Source: Laetmonice hystrix
Taxonomy: Eukaryota
Length of the DNA stretch: 64,000 nt
Assembly: GCA_965235115.1 (NCBI GenBank)
Contig: OZ249436.1
Span: 1,800,001-1,864,000 of the forward strand
Reading direction: 5' to 3'
Within the stretch, counting starts at the first letter, position 1, and every line of letters starts with the position of its first letter. The notes below the pieces were generated by a model. The model was not told the origin of the DNA, did not search any database, and saw only the letters and a program-made list of their open reading frames with translations. Position numbers and translations under genes: made by a program. Shown in pieces: positions 1-13,802 of the stretch.

Positions 1-2025
1 ATAATTCAAGGTATATATGTCACAATGAATCAGGATATAATTCAAGGTTAGATATATAGATATATTCTGACACATTGAATTTTGACGCTATAGGACATGT
101 ACTGTGAGTCATATACCGTTACTCTAAGTTGCTATTTATACCGTTAATCTAAGTTGCTATATTTGTATATACGTATAAACATCAAAGGTATAGAATCAGT
201 TTTAGTGTATGGTGTCTCATTATTTAATCATGAGTCTCCAGGTCTATAGACATAGTCAGCTATATGTCAGCAGCAATGACGGTATAAGTATACCTGAGTA
301 TAATGTATGGCATTGAAACGCCCGTGCCTGTCACTATGTTATAGATATATAGATATATCTCACCGGATAAGTCACAAATGGAAGTCATTTATATAAATAA
401 AGAAAGGAACGGGGTTTTTTTCTAGAGTGTAGCTCTTATATATGATCGCTAATATTTCAGCGAGGGTCAACAAGAAGATTTGTCATTTTTTTCTCCTTGT
501 GGTGGGAACTGAGCAGTGTTGTCAGCGCTGCTGACAACCGTTCGCTCTCTTCCCCATTCTTTATGGGTCATTCTTGCACCTGCATGGGAACCCCCGCTGA
601 TCCAAAAGCTTCAGCCTAAATCTGTCCTTTCAAGCGGCGGTACGGTAGGCGGACCGTTGTGAAAGAGTTGGCGCTGTCCGCTTGCCCGAGCTCACACGGC
701 CCGCTGCCGGGGGCTGACATCCGACCAAGCTGGGCCGAGTCTGGGGGTGCGTTACGCTATTAAAGTCACCACATAATGTGATGGCTTTCGATGGTGTCAC
801 CAACAGCATGAAGACACTCTTCATCGCCAGCGAGTTCCTGCAGCAGCAGCACTACACGGACACAATCTGTGTTGATCTGGCTGTACCTCGTCAACATGAA
901 CCCTGCTTCACCTCGCCTGTCATGGTGAGCTCCTCACATTCTCAATCGTCCCCCACTCACTGGTCGTTAGGTCGAGCTGTTGCCGTAATTGCAGGTATTG
1001 AATCCACCGCATCCGTCGAACCAGCAGGCCAATCAAATGACGAGAGGGTTGGCAGCATTGGGCGCATAGCGATGGTATACAGCGACTGTATACAGGAATC
1101 CGCACCGAAATGATGAATGATGATGCCTAAGTAAGGTGCTTGCATAGCAGGGGTTTACCTTGTATATACATGGAATTTACACAAGCCCTGTCCTCAGGGG
1201 GCATTACCAGGGAGCTATTATCACGGCCGGGGGGGGGTAGGGGGGACACTCTCGCCTCAATTGTGGCCCGTATAATTGCGAAAATGATTTTAGGCGCGTG
1301 AAGAACACCCGATCTGGTGTTATCATTGTGGTGATGGTGTGTATCAGCCCTAATCGAGTTGTCTCCTTGACGCCGACACTCCAGAGGTTGACCACCTGAT
1401 CAGGGATATCGAGTGGACTGGGCTGTCGGCCTCCCGGTCTCCGACCAGCAGGAGGGGGTAGTCCGGAGTGTAACGAATACGTTAGGTCTCGGGAGGAGGA
1501 ATACAAGGAAACTCACCCACAACGGGCCTAATGATACACTCCGCGGCTCTGGCTTCAGGCGATCATAAATCAAACCAGAACAGGTGTGAAGCCAGTCCGT
1601 TGCTATAGTGACCAGCATGGAAGCTGTGTTTGTGGATGGGTGTCGTCTATGCAAACATTGGTGCACCCCGTCTGTCGACAATAAACCTTTGCTACTTCCT
1701 CTTCCAAATACAGGGGGGAATCAAAACATTTCATTTCGTGTATTCCCAATAGGTCATTCTGCGCGCAGAACATCTGCGCATAATTAGGAGCACATTTAGC
1801 TGATTGCTTCAAATCTAATCAGTGTAAAGAGGGTGAGTTCAATATCAGACCCGGTTTCTGTAATGGCAGGAATAGGTTTTCAAGAAAAGAGTCCCGTGCC
1901 ACATCCTCTAACAGGAAGTGAACGAGGCGGGTTGTAATGACAGGTTCGGGTACGTCACTGCCGTATCTACGGAGACTCGTCATCAGGTGAAGCAGGTTGT
2001 CTTCACAGGGTTTTTTAATTATATC

Positions 2026-2118
2026 CTCTCTCTCTGTCTCTCTGTGTGTCTCTCTCTGTCTCTCTCTCTCCTTCCCCTTTCTCTCTCCACGCTCTCTCTG
2101 TCCCTCTCTCCCTCCCTC
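2026..2118. repeat. (CT)n/(CTGT)n low-complexity microsatellite
   Basis: Imperfect CT-rich run; similar tract at 4898-4970. Confidence 0.85.
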
Positions 2119-5100
2119 CACCAGTTCGGTTTGTTGGAGCCAGGTCTGATGTGGCTGGTTCATGATGAATTTCTGCTGGTCGATGATTTGTGACATCGGT
2201 GACTGTGACCATCAGATTCCGTCCTGATCGCCCATTGATAAGCTTATCGAGATCACCATCGCTAAGACGTTGGTTCAATGTTTGTTACTTGAAAACCAAC
2301 AACAAATTATTTAATTAATCAGAGGCCAATTGGCCCTGTCAGGCAATAGATGTCACAGTCCTCGCCTTCAACAGCTCCAATTACGATAAGTCGTCCTAGA
2401 AGGCTCTAATCGTCTTCTTTGTGCACATCTGTCCTCCAGATCTGCCGATCTGCGCGCTGGAAAACCTCAAACTCAACACTGACAGACTCAGCAACACCTA
2501 ACCACTGTGCTGGCGTGTCGTTGTCAGTCAAATTCACGATAAAAAATGTACATTTCGAGCACAGAATCGGGTTACTGAGAAAACAAACAGCGTAACGCTC
2601 CAACGCCTCCCGCCGTGACAACAGGGCAAAGTAGTGACGAGCGGGGGGCGATCTGCGCATGACAAACCCCACGCCACCACCACGTGGTGGTGGACGCCGG
2701 GGCCCGAATGACACGGACAATGCCTTAGTAAACACGGGGTTAGCACCGCGCCTTGCGGCACTCCCGACTTTTACACCTATACAACCAGTTCAAAGCGCCG
2801 ACACTGAGCTGTTTTTCCTCCTCATACCTATCGATGTTGGCCCCATATTGTGATGAAAAAAACATGCACAATATCAACACATGTTTGCATTTTAATAGAC
2901 CTTGTGCCATTATTACAAACGCAATCAATTCTCATGGCAATTTTGTCATCCCTAACCAAACATATGGGAAAACCCCCAATCAACGAAAAATCTGACAGCG
3001 AATTGTAATTCATTACTGGGCGTCGATTCGAATATTGTGAAAGCTTTACATGGAAGCATGTCTATACATTTCCCTTGCGAGAGATGATAAATTTGTCGTC
3101 AATTTGAAATGCAAAGGTAAAAACGAATTGAACCCGCTGAAGCTATGGAGAGACTTGGCCTGTGTCAATTACCACTGAAGGGTAGTGTGGCAAAACGCCT
3201 GTAAATGGGTCCCGTGGTAGCCGCTGGTTTGGGCCCACAACAAGCATACATCAACGGTTGCAGCTATTCTACTCTTTGATTTCCAAAAGGTAGTTTCCGC
3301 CAAGCGCAGGTTCCCTCAACGGCCATTTTAATACAAACCTCAGTTGCCATTTCAGTCACGCTTTCCACGGTTATCCATTACATTAGCATTTGCTATCGTG
3401 ATCCAGGCAACAAAGCTGCCAGCTCCGGATCGAGAGGGCGACATGGCGGTGTGTGAAAGGCACACCGTTTGTATGCACACGTGAAGTGAGTAAGATCAGT
3501 ACACAGGCCCAGAGTCGGTCGACTTGTGGGCCCCTGTGGCCTAAGCCCTGGGCTCCGGGCAACCCGGCAAATATAGAAGGTTGCCGACAGTGCCGAGATC
3601 AGCCAAGAGGTGAGACATAAGTACCGGATTTGCTTGCTGTTGATTAATGCGTCCAGCGGTCTTAAGTCTGTCGAATGTAAGGAAAATGTATGACGGCCGC
3701 AGTAAGGAAGGCGGCGGCGTGCGGCGGGTGTCGGGCCGAGGGTCGGCGAGGCCAAGCCGGGTGGGACCCTAACAGCCGACCGAGGGCTGGGACACTGACC
3801 GGACCGGGATTTCCACCTTGACCACCGCCAATCTCCCTCGGCTACCAGAGGTCGTGATCCGCATGCCACACGATCAAGAGAAGCCCGATTCGTATTCCAA
3901 ATACGACCTGCCGGTCGCTGGTTATTGATAATCATTAATATTATTATCTATTAGTGCTTGGATGATGCATGGGTGTTGACCTGCATGTCGGCAAGGACGC
4001 AACTCTTCTTGTAGGCTACTTGTATCAGATGCCGTAAATTGTGCCACAATTAGGGTGAGTTTTCTCTTGAAACGAATAGTTCTAAAACTTTAATTAAACA
4101 CAATGTGATCATGTCATCCCCTGTCGGGTCTACAACACATAAAATGACGTAATGTTAGTAAACATTCCAAGACAAATACATCGTACCGGAAATATGCCCA
4201 TATCCCATGATAGTCTACAGTCAGTATATTATAGATTACTAGACTAGACTAGTGACCCCCCCCCCCCCCCCCCCCGATCACCCTCGTGGCTCAACCCCCT
4301 ATAGATATTCAACGTGTAGTCACATAGGCCGAAAGGAATTGTACGGTGTAGATCTACAACACGGCGTAGCAGACGACGTCAAAGCGTGCCTACGTCACAG
4401 GGATACAGACGACAACCCGTTAACGACGCGCGGAGCTGTGTGTGTGAAATGTAGCGAGTGGTAGCCGCCTCAACACAGCTAAGTGACGAGTGGGGGTCGC
4501 CTGTAAATATTAACATTCAACAGCTCTGGGGGCCCGTCCTGTTTGTTTTAAAGAGCATCAAACGCCAGCCCAAGCAGCCAGGTCCTCTCGGCGACCGTCG
4601 TCACACACATCATCGGTCCGACATTCAACCACTGTGCACTCTGGGATGCCAAGATCACTTCGAATAGAGCCTTTAATCATAGCCACGTTTTGGGGATTTT
4701 TTAATGTAATTAATTCTTTTATCATTTCAGAGAGTGTCGGTGTCGTGAAAACGTCAATATTGTGATAGAGAAGCCGTCTAGGACGCAATGTTTGCGCTTC
4801 CCTCCCGACGGACGCACGTCGTGGGGAGCGTCTATTCACGTCATTATTGACGCACAAACCCACGCTCTATTACTACGACATGGATCCCAGCGGCTGATCT
4901 CTCTCTGTCTCTGTCTCTGTCTCTGTCTGTCTCTCCCTCTCTCTGTCACTCTGTGTCTCTCTCTCTTTCTCAGCCTCCCCCACCAGACGTGTCAGCCGTG
5001 TACGGTGAAGCCACCCGGCGGTCTGTTTGATGACTTGACAAGACAATCAGATCGTCAGCTCATGGACGTGTCAATGTCACGTGTCACCGCCACGTGCCGC

Positions 5101-5342
5101 GAGCTACGGCACTGCTGAACTAATATGTCAACTAGTCGGTTTGGTTTTTTTTCATATACAATGTGTGCATAAAATGTTACTGGCATGGTATAGACCAATA
5201 CAGTAATATAGGCCTAATTATATGTAGGGTCTACATTCCGACTATTATCTAAAAGTATCCCGACAGGAGACCTTTGCATAATGTTTCAAATGTCTCGTTC
5301 TTCAAAACAAGGTTTGCAGGTCAATAAGTATTACATGCAGAA

Positions 5343-5524
5343 CTGGATAAAGTTCCTGCTAAATACAACCAGAATCCGATGGTTTGAACATGATGGGAGA
5401 AGTTATAGAAGCAAGTCAAGCCTCAATGCTCAGACTGGATAAAGATCCCGCTATTACAACCAGAATGCGATGGTTTGAACATGATGGGAGAAGTTATAGA
5501 AGCAAGTCAAGCCTCAATGTTCAG
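5343..5524. repeat. Two-copy tandem duplication, ~92 bp
   Basis: ctggataaag...gcaagtcaagcctcaatg occurs at 5343 and 5435 with a few substitutions. Confidence 0.9.
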
Positions 5525-6047
5525 TTTCCGCGGTAACCTTGACATCCAGTTTTACATCTCCCAGAAGTATTTAGCAGAGGGCGTTATAATTCTTCTTTTG
5601 TTTTTCCCCAAGGTTTTATATATCGACGAGTGCCTCACTCAGATGTATCTGTTAATGTTGCTATAGAGGAACAGTATACGCTATGTGTCTATATCCCCCG
5701 GGACAACTGCAATGAAATTGTAATCAAGATAAAACCGAATATGTTCAGTTGTTATTGATAAATTAGGTCATGATCTACATATGGTGAGCATCTGCTTGTA
5801 TTACACGAGGCCAATCTAAAGTCTCTGATTGCACTTCCGGTTGTTGACCAAAGTACCAAAATTTATTCCAAATTATATTGTTAATTTGGCTTGTCATATT
5901 TACCTTCAATGATTATAAAGATATACTATGTGAGTAAGGAAAGGTGTATGATGTATGGGAAAATAAAAGTTTTTCTTTAATCCGTCGTTTCATTCCAGTG
6001 GGAATATGTGTCGATCAAATGTGGAGTTCATGCGGGAGTTTTGGATA

Positions 6048-6696
6048 CAAGGATCCAATTTTCCCCGAACCTGACGTAGAATCCGCTTACATGAAAAATA
6101 GTCTCATTTCATGCAAATCGGCCAAGCGAATCAAAAGTTATGCCATTTTTGGTGCAGCAAAGTCATACCCTAGTTCATGACCCAGATCTGATTATCTGAG
6201 AACAAGAACTGGCCGTCAAGTTTAGGATTAGTCAATAGGCAGTCACTGGCCGTAGTCAATCAGTCTGCCTATTGAGATGGAGAACTTCTTTGATATCATT
6301 TTGTCCAAATGTACATGCATGGCCAAGATGGTTAGCCAACATTATCTGAGCAGCGTGTCTTTATGGTCCAAACAGGATGGGCAGGTTGTAATCGAAATGT
6401 CATTAAAAATAACAAAAAGAGACAAAGAAAATTATTTGTAGGCCTAAATGATAATCGTAATTGCAAATAAAGTAAAAAGGGAAACGAATAAATAAAGAAT
6501 AATGGAAAAAATAAAGAAAGGGCAGAAAATGCAACGGGAAAAAATCACACATTCAGTCACTCCATGCCAGGGTTGACCTTGCTGCGCTGAAACTGACATA
6601 ACTTTTGATTCGCTTGACCGTTTTTGATGAAATCACTATTTATCATGTAAGAAGATTCGCCACCAGTTTCTGGTTCTGAAGTTTTGGGACACCCTG
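6048..6696. mobile_element. Degenerate Tc1/mariner-like non-autonomous element (MITE) with ~135-bp imperfect TIRs
   Basis: 6048-6180 is the imperfect reverse complement of 6560-6696 (shared core caagcgaatcaaaagttatg). The right end reads ttttgggacaccctg|TA and the left end TA|caaggatccaa, consistent with TA duplication and CAG-type ends. Confidence 0.65.
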
Positions 6697-7365
6697 TATA
6701 TAGGTCTAATACAAAATAGGTGACTCCATTTACTGTCTTTCTCGCACTCCTTAGCTCTGCCTCCACCTCTCCTCTTTCCTTCTCTCCTTTTCTCGCCCCT
6801 TCCTCTCCCTGTTTCTGTTATAACGGGTAACGATTCACACCTTTATCCAAACTTGTCACACCACAACAATGCTTTACCTTTGATCCTGACACATCGTGTG
6901 TTTGCATGCAAGAAGTGTACGTGTATACCCGAACCTTTGTTTGAAAAGGCCACCAGTAAATAACCCGCGTGTTACTGAATAAATTTTGACATAAATTTCA
7001 AAATGATTATTGACACCTGTAAATTACATTTCGAACAAAGTGTTCCTGGTCTATAGCTCTGTATTCGAGAGAGTATAATGAAAATTCACTTGCATGATGT
7101 ATAAAAAAATACTGCAAAGGAATCAAAACCCCCACAAAAATTAACATGTACCTGTACATACACCAATATATGTAATAGGTTCCATGTAATAGAGCCCCGA
7201 CCCGACGCCACGACCTCGCTCCTGGACTCAACACCTGCTGTCAGTAGAACCCAGAACCTATTGTCTGTCCAGTAACAATTCACGCTCCAAGTGTATACGG
7301 GTTGTTTGGGAGTCCGCCAAAAACGGTCGATACCGTTTGGTCCTTTCTCAAGGTAACCCAAATCT

Positions 7366-7951
7366 GTTCTCTGTCTGTGTAATCGGCATGGTTCTCTGTC
7401 TGTGTAACGGGCATGGTTCTCTGTCTGTGTAACGGGCATGGTTCTCTGTCTGTGTAACGGGCATGGTTCTCTGTCTGTGTAACGGGCATGGTTCTCTGTC
7501 TGTGTAACGGGCATGGTTCTCTGTCTGTGTAACGGGCATGCTTCTCTGTCTGTGTAACGGGCATGGTTCTCTGTCTGTGTGTCTGTGTAACGGGCATGGT
7601 TCTCTGTCTGTGTAACGGGCATGGTTCTCTGTCTGTGTAACGGGCATGCTTCTCTGTCTGTGTAACGGGCATGCTTCTCTGTCTGTGTAACGGGCATGGT
7701 TCTCTGTCTGTGTAACGGGCATGCTTCTCTGTCTGTGTAACGGGCATGCTTCTCTGTCTGTGTAACGGGCATGGTTCTCTGTCTGTGTAACGGGCATGGT
7801 TCTCTGTCTGTGTAACGGGCATGGCTCTCTGTCTGTGTAACGGGCATGGTTCTCTGTCTGTGTAACGGGCATGGCTCTGTCTGTGTAACGGGCGTGGTTC
7901 TCTGTCTGTGTAACGGGCATGGTTCTCTGTCTGTGTAACGGGCATGGTTCT
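7366..7951. repeat. Minisatellite, 25-bp unit, ~23 copies
   Basis: Unit gttctctgtctgtgtaacgggcatg. Confidence 0.97.
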
Positions 7952-8084
7952 TGGTGTGGATAACCGTGTAACACTTACCTCAACCTGTAATTAGGTGTGT
8001 ACGTATTATAATGACACGCTGCTGTGGCCGACAGGTTCCACATGTCGCATGAAAGTTAGGGTAGAATTCAAAATCTGTAAGTTT

Positions 8085-9559
8085 TCCTAGCCTCAGACCT
8101 GACCCTAACTCCTAACCTAAGTCATCCTGGCCTCAGACCTCACCCTAACTTCTAACCTAAGTCATCCTGGCCTCAGACCTGATCCTAACTCCTAACCTAA
8201 GTCATCCTGGTCTCAGACCTCACCCTAACTCCTAACCTAAGTCATCCTGGTCTCAGACCTGACCCTAACTCCTAACCTAAGTCATCCTGGTCTCAGACCT
8301 CACCCTAACTCCTAACCTAAGTCATCCTGGTCTCAGACCTGACCCTAACTCCTAACCTAAGTCATCCTAGCCTCAGACCTCACCCTAACTCATAACCTAA
8401 GTCATCCTAGCCTCAGACCTCACCCTAACTCCTAACCTAAGTCATCCTAGTCATAGACCTCACCCTAACTCCTAACTGAAGTCATCCTGGCCTCAGACCT
8501 CACCCTAACTCCTAACCTAAGTCATCCTAGCCTCAGACCTCACCCTAACTCCTAACCTAAGTTATCCTGGCCCCAGACCAGATCCTAACTCCTAACCTAA
8601 GTCATCCTAGCCCCAGACCTGATCCTAACTCCTAACCTAAGTCATCCTAGCCCCAGACCTGATCCTAACTCCTAACCTAAGCTATCCTAGCCTCAGACCT
8701 CACCCTAACTCCTAACCTAAGTCATCCTGGCCTCAGACCTCACCCTAACTCCTAACCTAAGTCATCCTAGCCTCAGACCTCACCCTAACTCCTAACCTAA
8801 GTTATCCTAGCCTCAGACCTCACCCTAACTCCTAACCTAAGTCATCCTAGCCTCAGACCTGACCCTAACTCCTAACCTAAGTCATCCTGGTCTCAGACCT
8901 GACCCTAACTCCTAACCTAAGTCATCCTGGTCTCAGACCTGACCCTAACTCCTAACCTAAGTCATCCTAGCCTCAGACCTGACCCTAACTCCTAACCTAA
9001 GTCATCCTAGCCTCAGACCTGACCCTAACTCCTAACCTAAGTCATTCTATCCTCAGACCTGACCCTAACTCCTAACCTAAGTCATTCTATCCTCAGACCT
9101 GACCCTAACTCCTAACCTAAGCCATCCTAGCCTCAGACCTGACCCTAACTCCTTAACTAAGTCATCCTAGCCTTAGACCTGACCCTAACTCCTAACCTAA
9201 GTCCTCCTGGCATCAGACCTGACCCTAACTCCTAACCTAAGTCATCCTAGCCTCAGACCTAACCCTAACTCCTAACCTAAGTCATCCTGGCATCAGACCT
9301 GACCCTAACTCCTAACCTAAGTCATCCTAGCCTCAGACCTGACCCTAACTCCTAACCTAAGTCATCCTAGCCTCAGACCTCACCCTAACTCCTAACCTAA
9401 GTCATCCTAGTCTCAGACCTGACCCTAAATCTTAACCTAAGTCATCCTATCCTCAGACCTGACCCTAACTCCAAGCCTAAGTCATCCAGTTTTCCTAGCC
9501 TCATACCTCACCCTAATTCCTAACCTAAGTCATCGTAGCCTCAGACCTGATCCTAACTC
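8085..9559. repeat. Minisatellite, 40-bp unit, ~37 copies, containing CCCTAA/CCTAA
   Basis: Unit cctcagacctgaccctaactcctaacctaagtcatcctag. Confidence 0.97.
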
Positions 9560-9760
9560 GAACACCAAAGTTCTATGGGAGCCGTACCACGAGGGACTAA
9601 CTTTTTAGTCTGCCCCATGTGTACGACATTTTGCCCCCATGTATCACCCTGGGTTGTTCGGGGTCGATCGACTGGCTATAACGGGTTGCAATATTGACCA
9701 ACCAGCGCCAAGATTTTCCTTATACGAGAAAGTTTTGGACCCCATGTTTCCATTGTGTGT

Positions 9761-12750
9761 CACCAATAGTGTACACAGATCTCGCCCCTTACATACGGAC
9801 AGACGCCCGTCACAGTGAACACCCACCAATAGTGTACACAGATCTCGACCCTTACATACGGACAGACGCCCGTCACAGTGAACACCCACCAATAGTGTAA
9901 ACAGATCTCGCCCCTTACATACGGACAGACGCCCGTCACAGTGAACACCCACCAATAGTGTACACAGATCTCGACCCTTACATACGGACAGACGCCCGTC
10001 ACAGTGAACACCCACCAATAGTGTACACAGATCTCGACCCTTACATACGGTCAGACGCCCGTCACAGTGAACACCCACCAATAGTGTACACAGATCTCGA
10101 CCCATACATACGGACAGACGCCCGTCACAGTGAACACCCACCAATAGTGTACACAGATCTCGACCCATACATACGGACAGACGCCCGTCACAGTGAACAC
10201 CCACCAATAGTGTACACAGATCTCGACCCTTACATACGGACAGACGCCCGTCACAGTGAACACCCACCAATAGTGTACACAGATCTCGACCCTTACATAC
10301 GGACAGACGCCCGTCACAGTGAACACCCACCAATAGTGTACACAGATCTCGACCCTTACATACGGACAGACGCCCGTCACAGTGAACACCCACCAATAGT
10401 GTACATGTACACAGATCTCGCCCCTTACATACGGACAGACGCCCGTCACAGTGAACACCCACCAATAGTGTACACAGATCTCGACCCTTACATACAGACA
10501 GACGCCCGTCACAGTGAACACCCACCAATAGTGTACATAGATCTCGCCCCTTACATACAGACAGACGCCCGTCACAGTGAACACCCACCAATAGTGTACA
10601 CAGATCTCGCCCCTTACATACAGACAGACGCCCGTCACAGTGAACACCCACCAATAGTGTACACAGATCTCGACCCTTACATACAGACAGACGCCCGTCA
10701 CAGTGAACACCCACCAATAGTGTACACAGATCTCGACCCTTACATACGGACAGACGCCCGTCACAGTGAACACCCACCAATAGTGTACACAGATCTCGAC
10801 CCTTACATACAGACAGACGCCCGTCACAGTGAACACCCACCAATAGTGTACACAGATCTCGACCCTTACATACAGACAGACGCCCGTCACAGTGAACACC
10901 CACCAATAGTGTACACAGATCTCGACCCTTACATACGGACAGACGCCCGTCACAGTGAACACCCACCAATAGTGTACACAGATCTCGACCCTTACATACG
11001 GACAGACGCCCGTCACAGTGAACACCCACCAATAGTGTACACAGATCTCGACCCTTACATACGGACAGACGCCCGTCACAGTGAACACCCACCAATAGTG
11101 TACACAGATCTCGACCCTTACATACGGACAGACGCCCGTCACAGTGAACACCCACCAATAGTGTACACAGATCTCGACCCTTACATACGGACAGACGCCC
11201 GTCACAGTGAACACCCACCAATAGTGTACACAGATCTCGACCCTTACATACGGACAGACGCCCGTCACAGTGAACACCCACCAATAGTGTACACAGATCT
11301 CGACCCTTACATACGGACAGACGCCCGTCACAGTGAACACCCACCAATAGTGTACACAGATCTCGACCCTTACATACGGACAGACGCCCGTCACAGTGAA
11401 CACCCACCAATAGTGTACACAGATCTCGCCCCTTACATACGGACAGACGCCCGTCACAGTGAACACCCACCAATAGTGTACACAGATCTCGACCCTTACA
11501 TACGGACAGACGCCCATAAAGTCACAGTGAACACCCACCAATAGTGTACACAGATCTCGACCCTTACATACGGACCGACGCCCGTCACAGTGAACACCCA
11601 CCAATAGTGTACACAGATCTCGACCCTTACATACGGACAGACGCCCGTCACAGTGAACACCCACCAATAGTGTACACAGATCTCGCCCCTTACATACGGA
11701 CAGACGCCCGTCACAGTGAACACCCACCAATAGTGTACACAGATCTCGACCCTTACATACAGACAGACGCCCGTCACAGTGAACACCCACCAATAGTGTA
11801 CACAGATCTCGACCCTTACATACGGACAGACGCCCGTCACAGTGAACACCCACCAATAGTGTACACAGATCTCGACCCTTACATACGGACAGACGCCCGT
11901 CACAGTGAACACCCACCAATAGTGTACACAGATCTCGACCCTTACATACGGACAGACGCCCGTCACAGTGAACACCCACCAATAGTGTACACAGATCTCG
12001 ACCCTTACATACGGACAGACGCCCGTCACAGTGAACACCCACCAATAGTGTACACAGATCTCGACCCTTACATACGGACAGACGCCCGTCACAGTGAACA
12101 CCCACCAATAGTGTACACAGATCTCGCCCCTTACATACGGACAGACGCCCGTCACAGTGAACACCCACCAATAGTGTACACAGATCTCGACCCTTACATA
12201 CGGACAGACGCCCATAAAGTCACAGTGAACACCCACCAATAGTGTACACAGATCTCGACCCTTACATACGGACCGACGCCCGTCACAGTGAACACCCACC
12301 AATAGTGTACACAGATCTCGACCCTTACATACGGACAGACGCCCGTCACAGTGAACACCCACCAATAGTGTACACAGATCTCGCCCCTTACATACGGACA
12401 GACGCCCGTCACAGTGAACACCCACCAATAGTGTACACAGATCTCGCCCCTTACATACGGACAGACGCCCGTCACAGTGAACACCCACCAATAGTGTACA
12501 CAGATCTCGCCCCTTACATACGGACAGACGCCCGTCACAGTGAACACCCACCAATAGTGTACACAGATCTCGCCCCTTACATACGGACAGACGCCCGTCA
12601 CAGTGAACACCCACCAATAGTGTACACAGATCTCGCCCCTTACATACGGACAGACGCCCGTCACAGTGAACACCCACCAATAGTGTACATGTACACAGAT
12701 CTCGCCCCTTTACCTACCAACAGACGCCCATAAAGTCACAGTGAAACCCA
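9761..12750. repeat. Minisatellite, 63-bp unit, ~47 copies, with higher-order structure
   Basis: Unit caccaatagtgtacacagatctcgacccttacatacggacagacgcccgtcacagtgaacacc; explains the 21-aa periodic ORFs on both strands. Confidence 0.98.
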
Positions 12751-13060
12751 TGAACCTGAGTCCCAAGGTGGAGATCAACTCACCGGCGATCATTACACAT
12801 TGTTACTGATCCTCAATGAAATATGTCCCAACATCAATCAGAATTAGTCAAAGTTAGATGTCCTCGAACGACTGGCCTGATCGCGTGCCCCACGTGATAG
12901 ATACCATTAACACCACACATATCGGTAAATATTTAAAGAAGTCACAGACATCTCAGATGTAGTATTGATGGTGATGGCCAGGGAACACACACCAAGCTCG
13001 AGATGACCAACTCTTGACACAATACTTGTGGGACCCTGAAGGAGGAAACAAGGCAAGCTG

Positions 13061-13202
13061 TGGTCGGTGGCGGTCGGAGGTGGTCGGTGGCGGTCGGTGG
13101 CGGTCGGTGGCAGTCGGTGGCGGTCGGTGGCAGTCGGTGGCGGTCTGTCGGTGGCAATCGGTGGCAGTCAGTGACGGTCGGTGGCGGTCGGTGGCGGTCG
13201 GT
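13061..13202. repeat. 9-bp tandem repeat (gtcggtggc)n
   Basis: About 15 imperfect copies. Confidence 0.9.
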
Positions 13203-13277
13203 ACAAACATTGATTTCAGATCTGTGCTGGGCCTCCCCAGAAACCATGACGTCCGTAAACACCCCTCCACTCTCACC

Positions 13278-13458
13278 CCACACCACTGCGGTCCGGGTTA
13301 GATCCCGGGCCTGGGCTAAGTAAGTAACTAAGTAAGTGAGTAAGTAAGTTTTTCAGTTAGTTCCTTCCCGAATGTCATTGGTTTCCTCCGGGTACTCCGG
13401 TTTCCTCCACCATGAAAAACTGACTTTCATCATCATCTTCACCGCCGTGATATGACCG
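13278..13458 (+). mobile_element. Truncated tRNA-derived SINE with V-domain-like core
   Basis: Degenerate B-box context (tgcggtccgggttagatcccgg), then ggtttcctccgggtactccggtttcctccacc, which I recognise as V-SINE core-like, then aaaactgac...cgccgtgatatgac. An internal (TAAG)n expansion lies at 13317-13348. Confidence 0.7.
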
Positions 13459-13465
13459 TAAAACC

Positions 13466-13556
13466 CATGGGCGTCGAAAGGAGGGGGGACAGGGGGGACG
13501 TGTCCCCTCCACTTTTTATACTAGGGGGGCAGTATATCGATTGCCCCCCACTTTTC
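13466..13556 (+). mobile_element. Probable solo left end of a non-autonomous DNA transposon (hAT-like)
   Basis: Begins CATGGGCGTCG followed by GC hairpins (ggggacaggggggacgtgtcccc; ggggggca...tgcccccc) typical of such ends; no matching right end seen. Confidence 0.4.
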
Positions 13557-13802
13557 TACCTGCTGTAGGGTCCGTCCGAAATGTCACCGTCAGTTTCAAA
13601 CTTCCGTGACGTCATAATTAGAGGGCCTTAGTTGCCGACCATGGAAGGTATTGACAGTAATCTTTAAAAATCTGATCTTTTCAATTGAGGGGTAACTAAA
13701 AATTGATTTTAAAAAAGCTAAATAGAAGAACTGGTCTTAGTAGTGGAGTCCTACTGTTGGAAGATGTGGCGTCTAGAACTGATTTGGAACCTTGCTGACA
13801 AA

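Noticed and set aside
756..2684. Minus-strand peptides ITLCGDFNS (756-782) and RGGGVGFVMR (2655-2684) resembling LINE APE-endonuclease motifs
   Set aside because: They are 1.9 kb apart, far more than in a real domain, there is no supporting context, and the Gly run derives from a DNA palindrome. A decayed LINE cannot be excluded without a translated profile search.
9811..9817. CACAGTG (RSS heptamer) in each 63-bp unit
   Set aside because: No ACAAAAACC-like nonamer at 12 or 23 bp; a single chance heptamer amplified with the array.
9644..12733. 400-700-aa ORFs with Cys/His-rich 21-aa repeats
   Set aside because: Products of a 63-bp unit open in several frames on both strands; 5-bp insertions shift frame freely and there are no unique domains.
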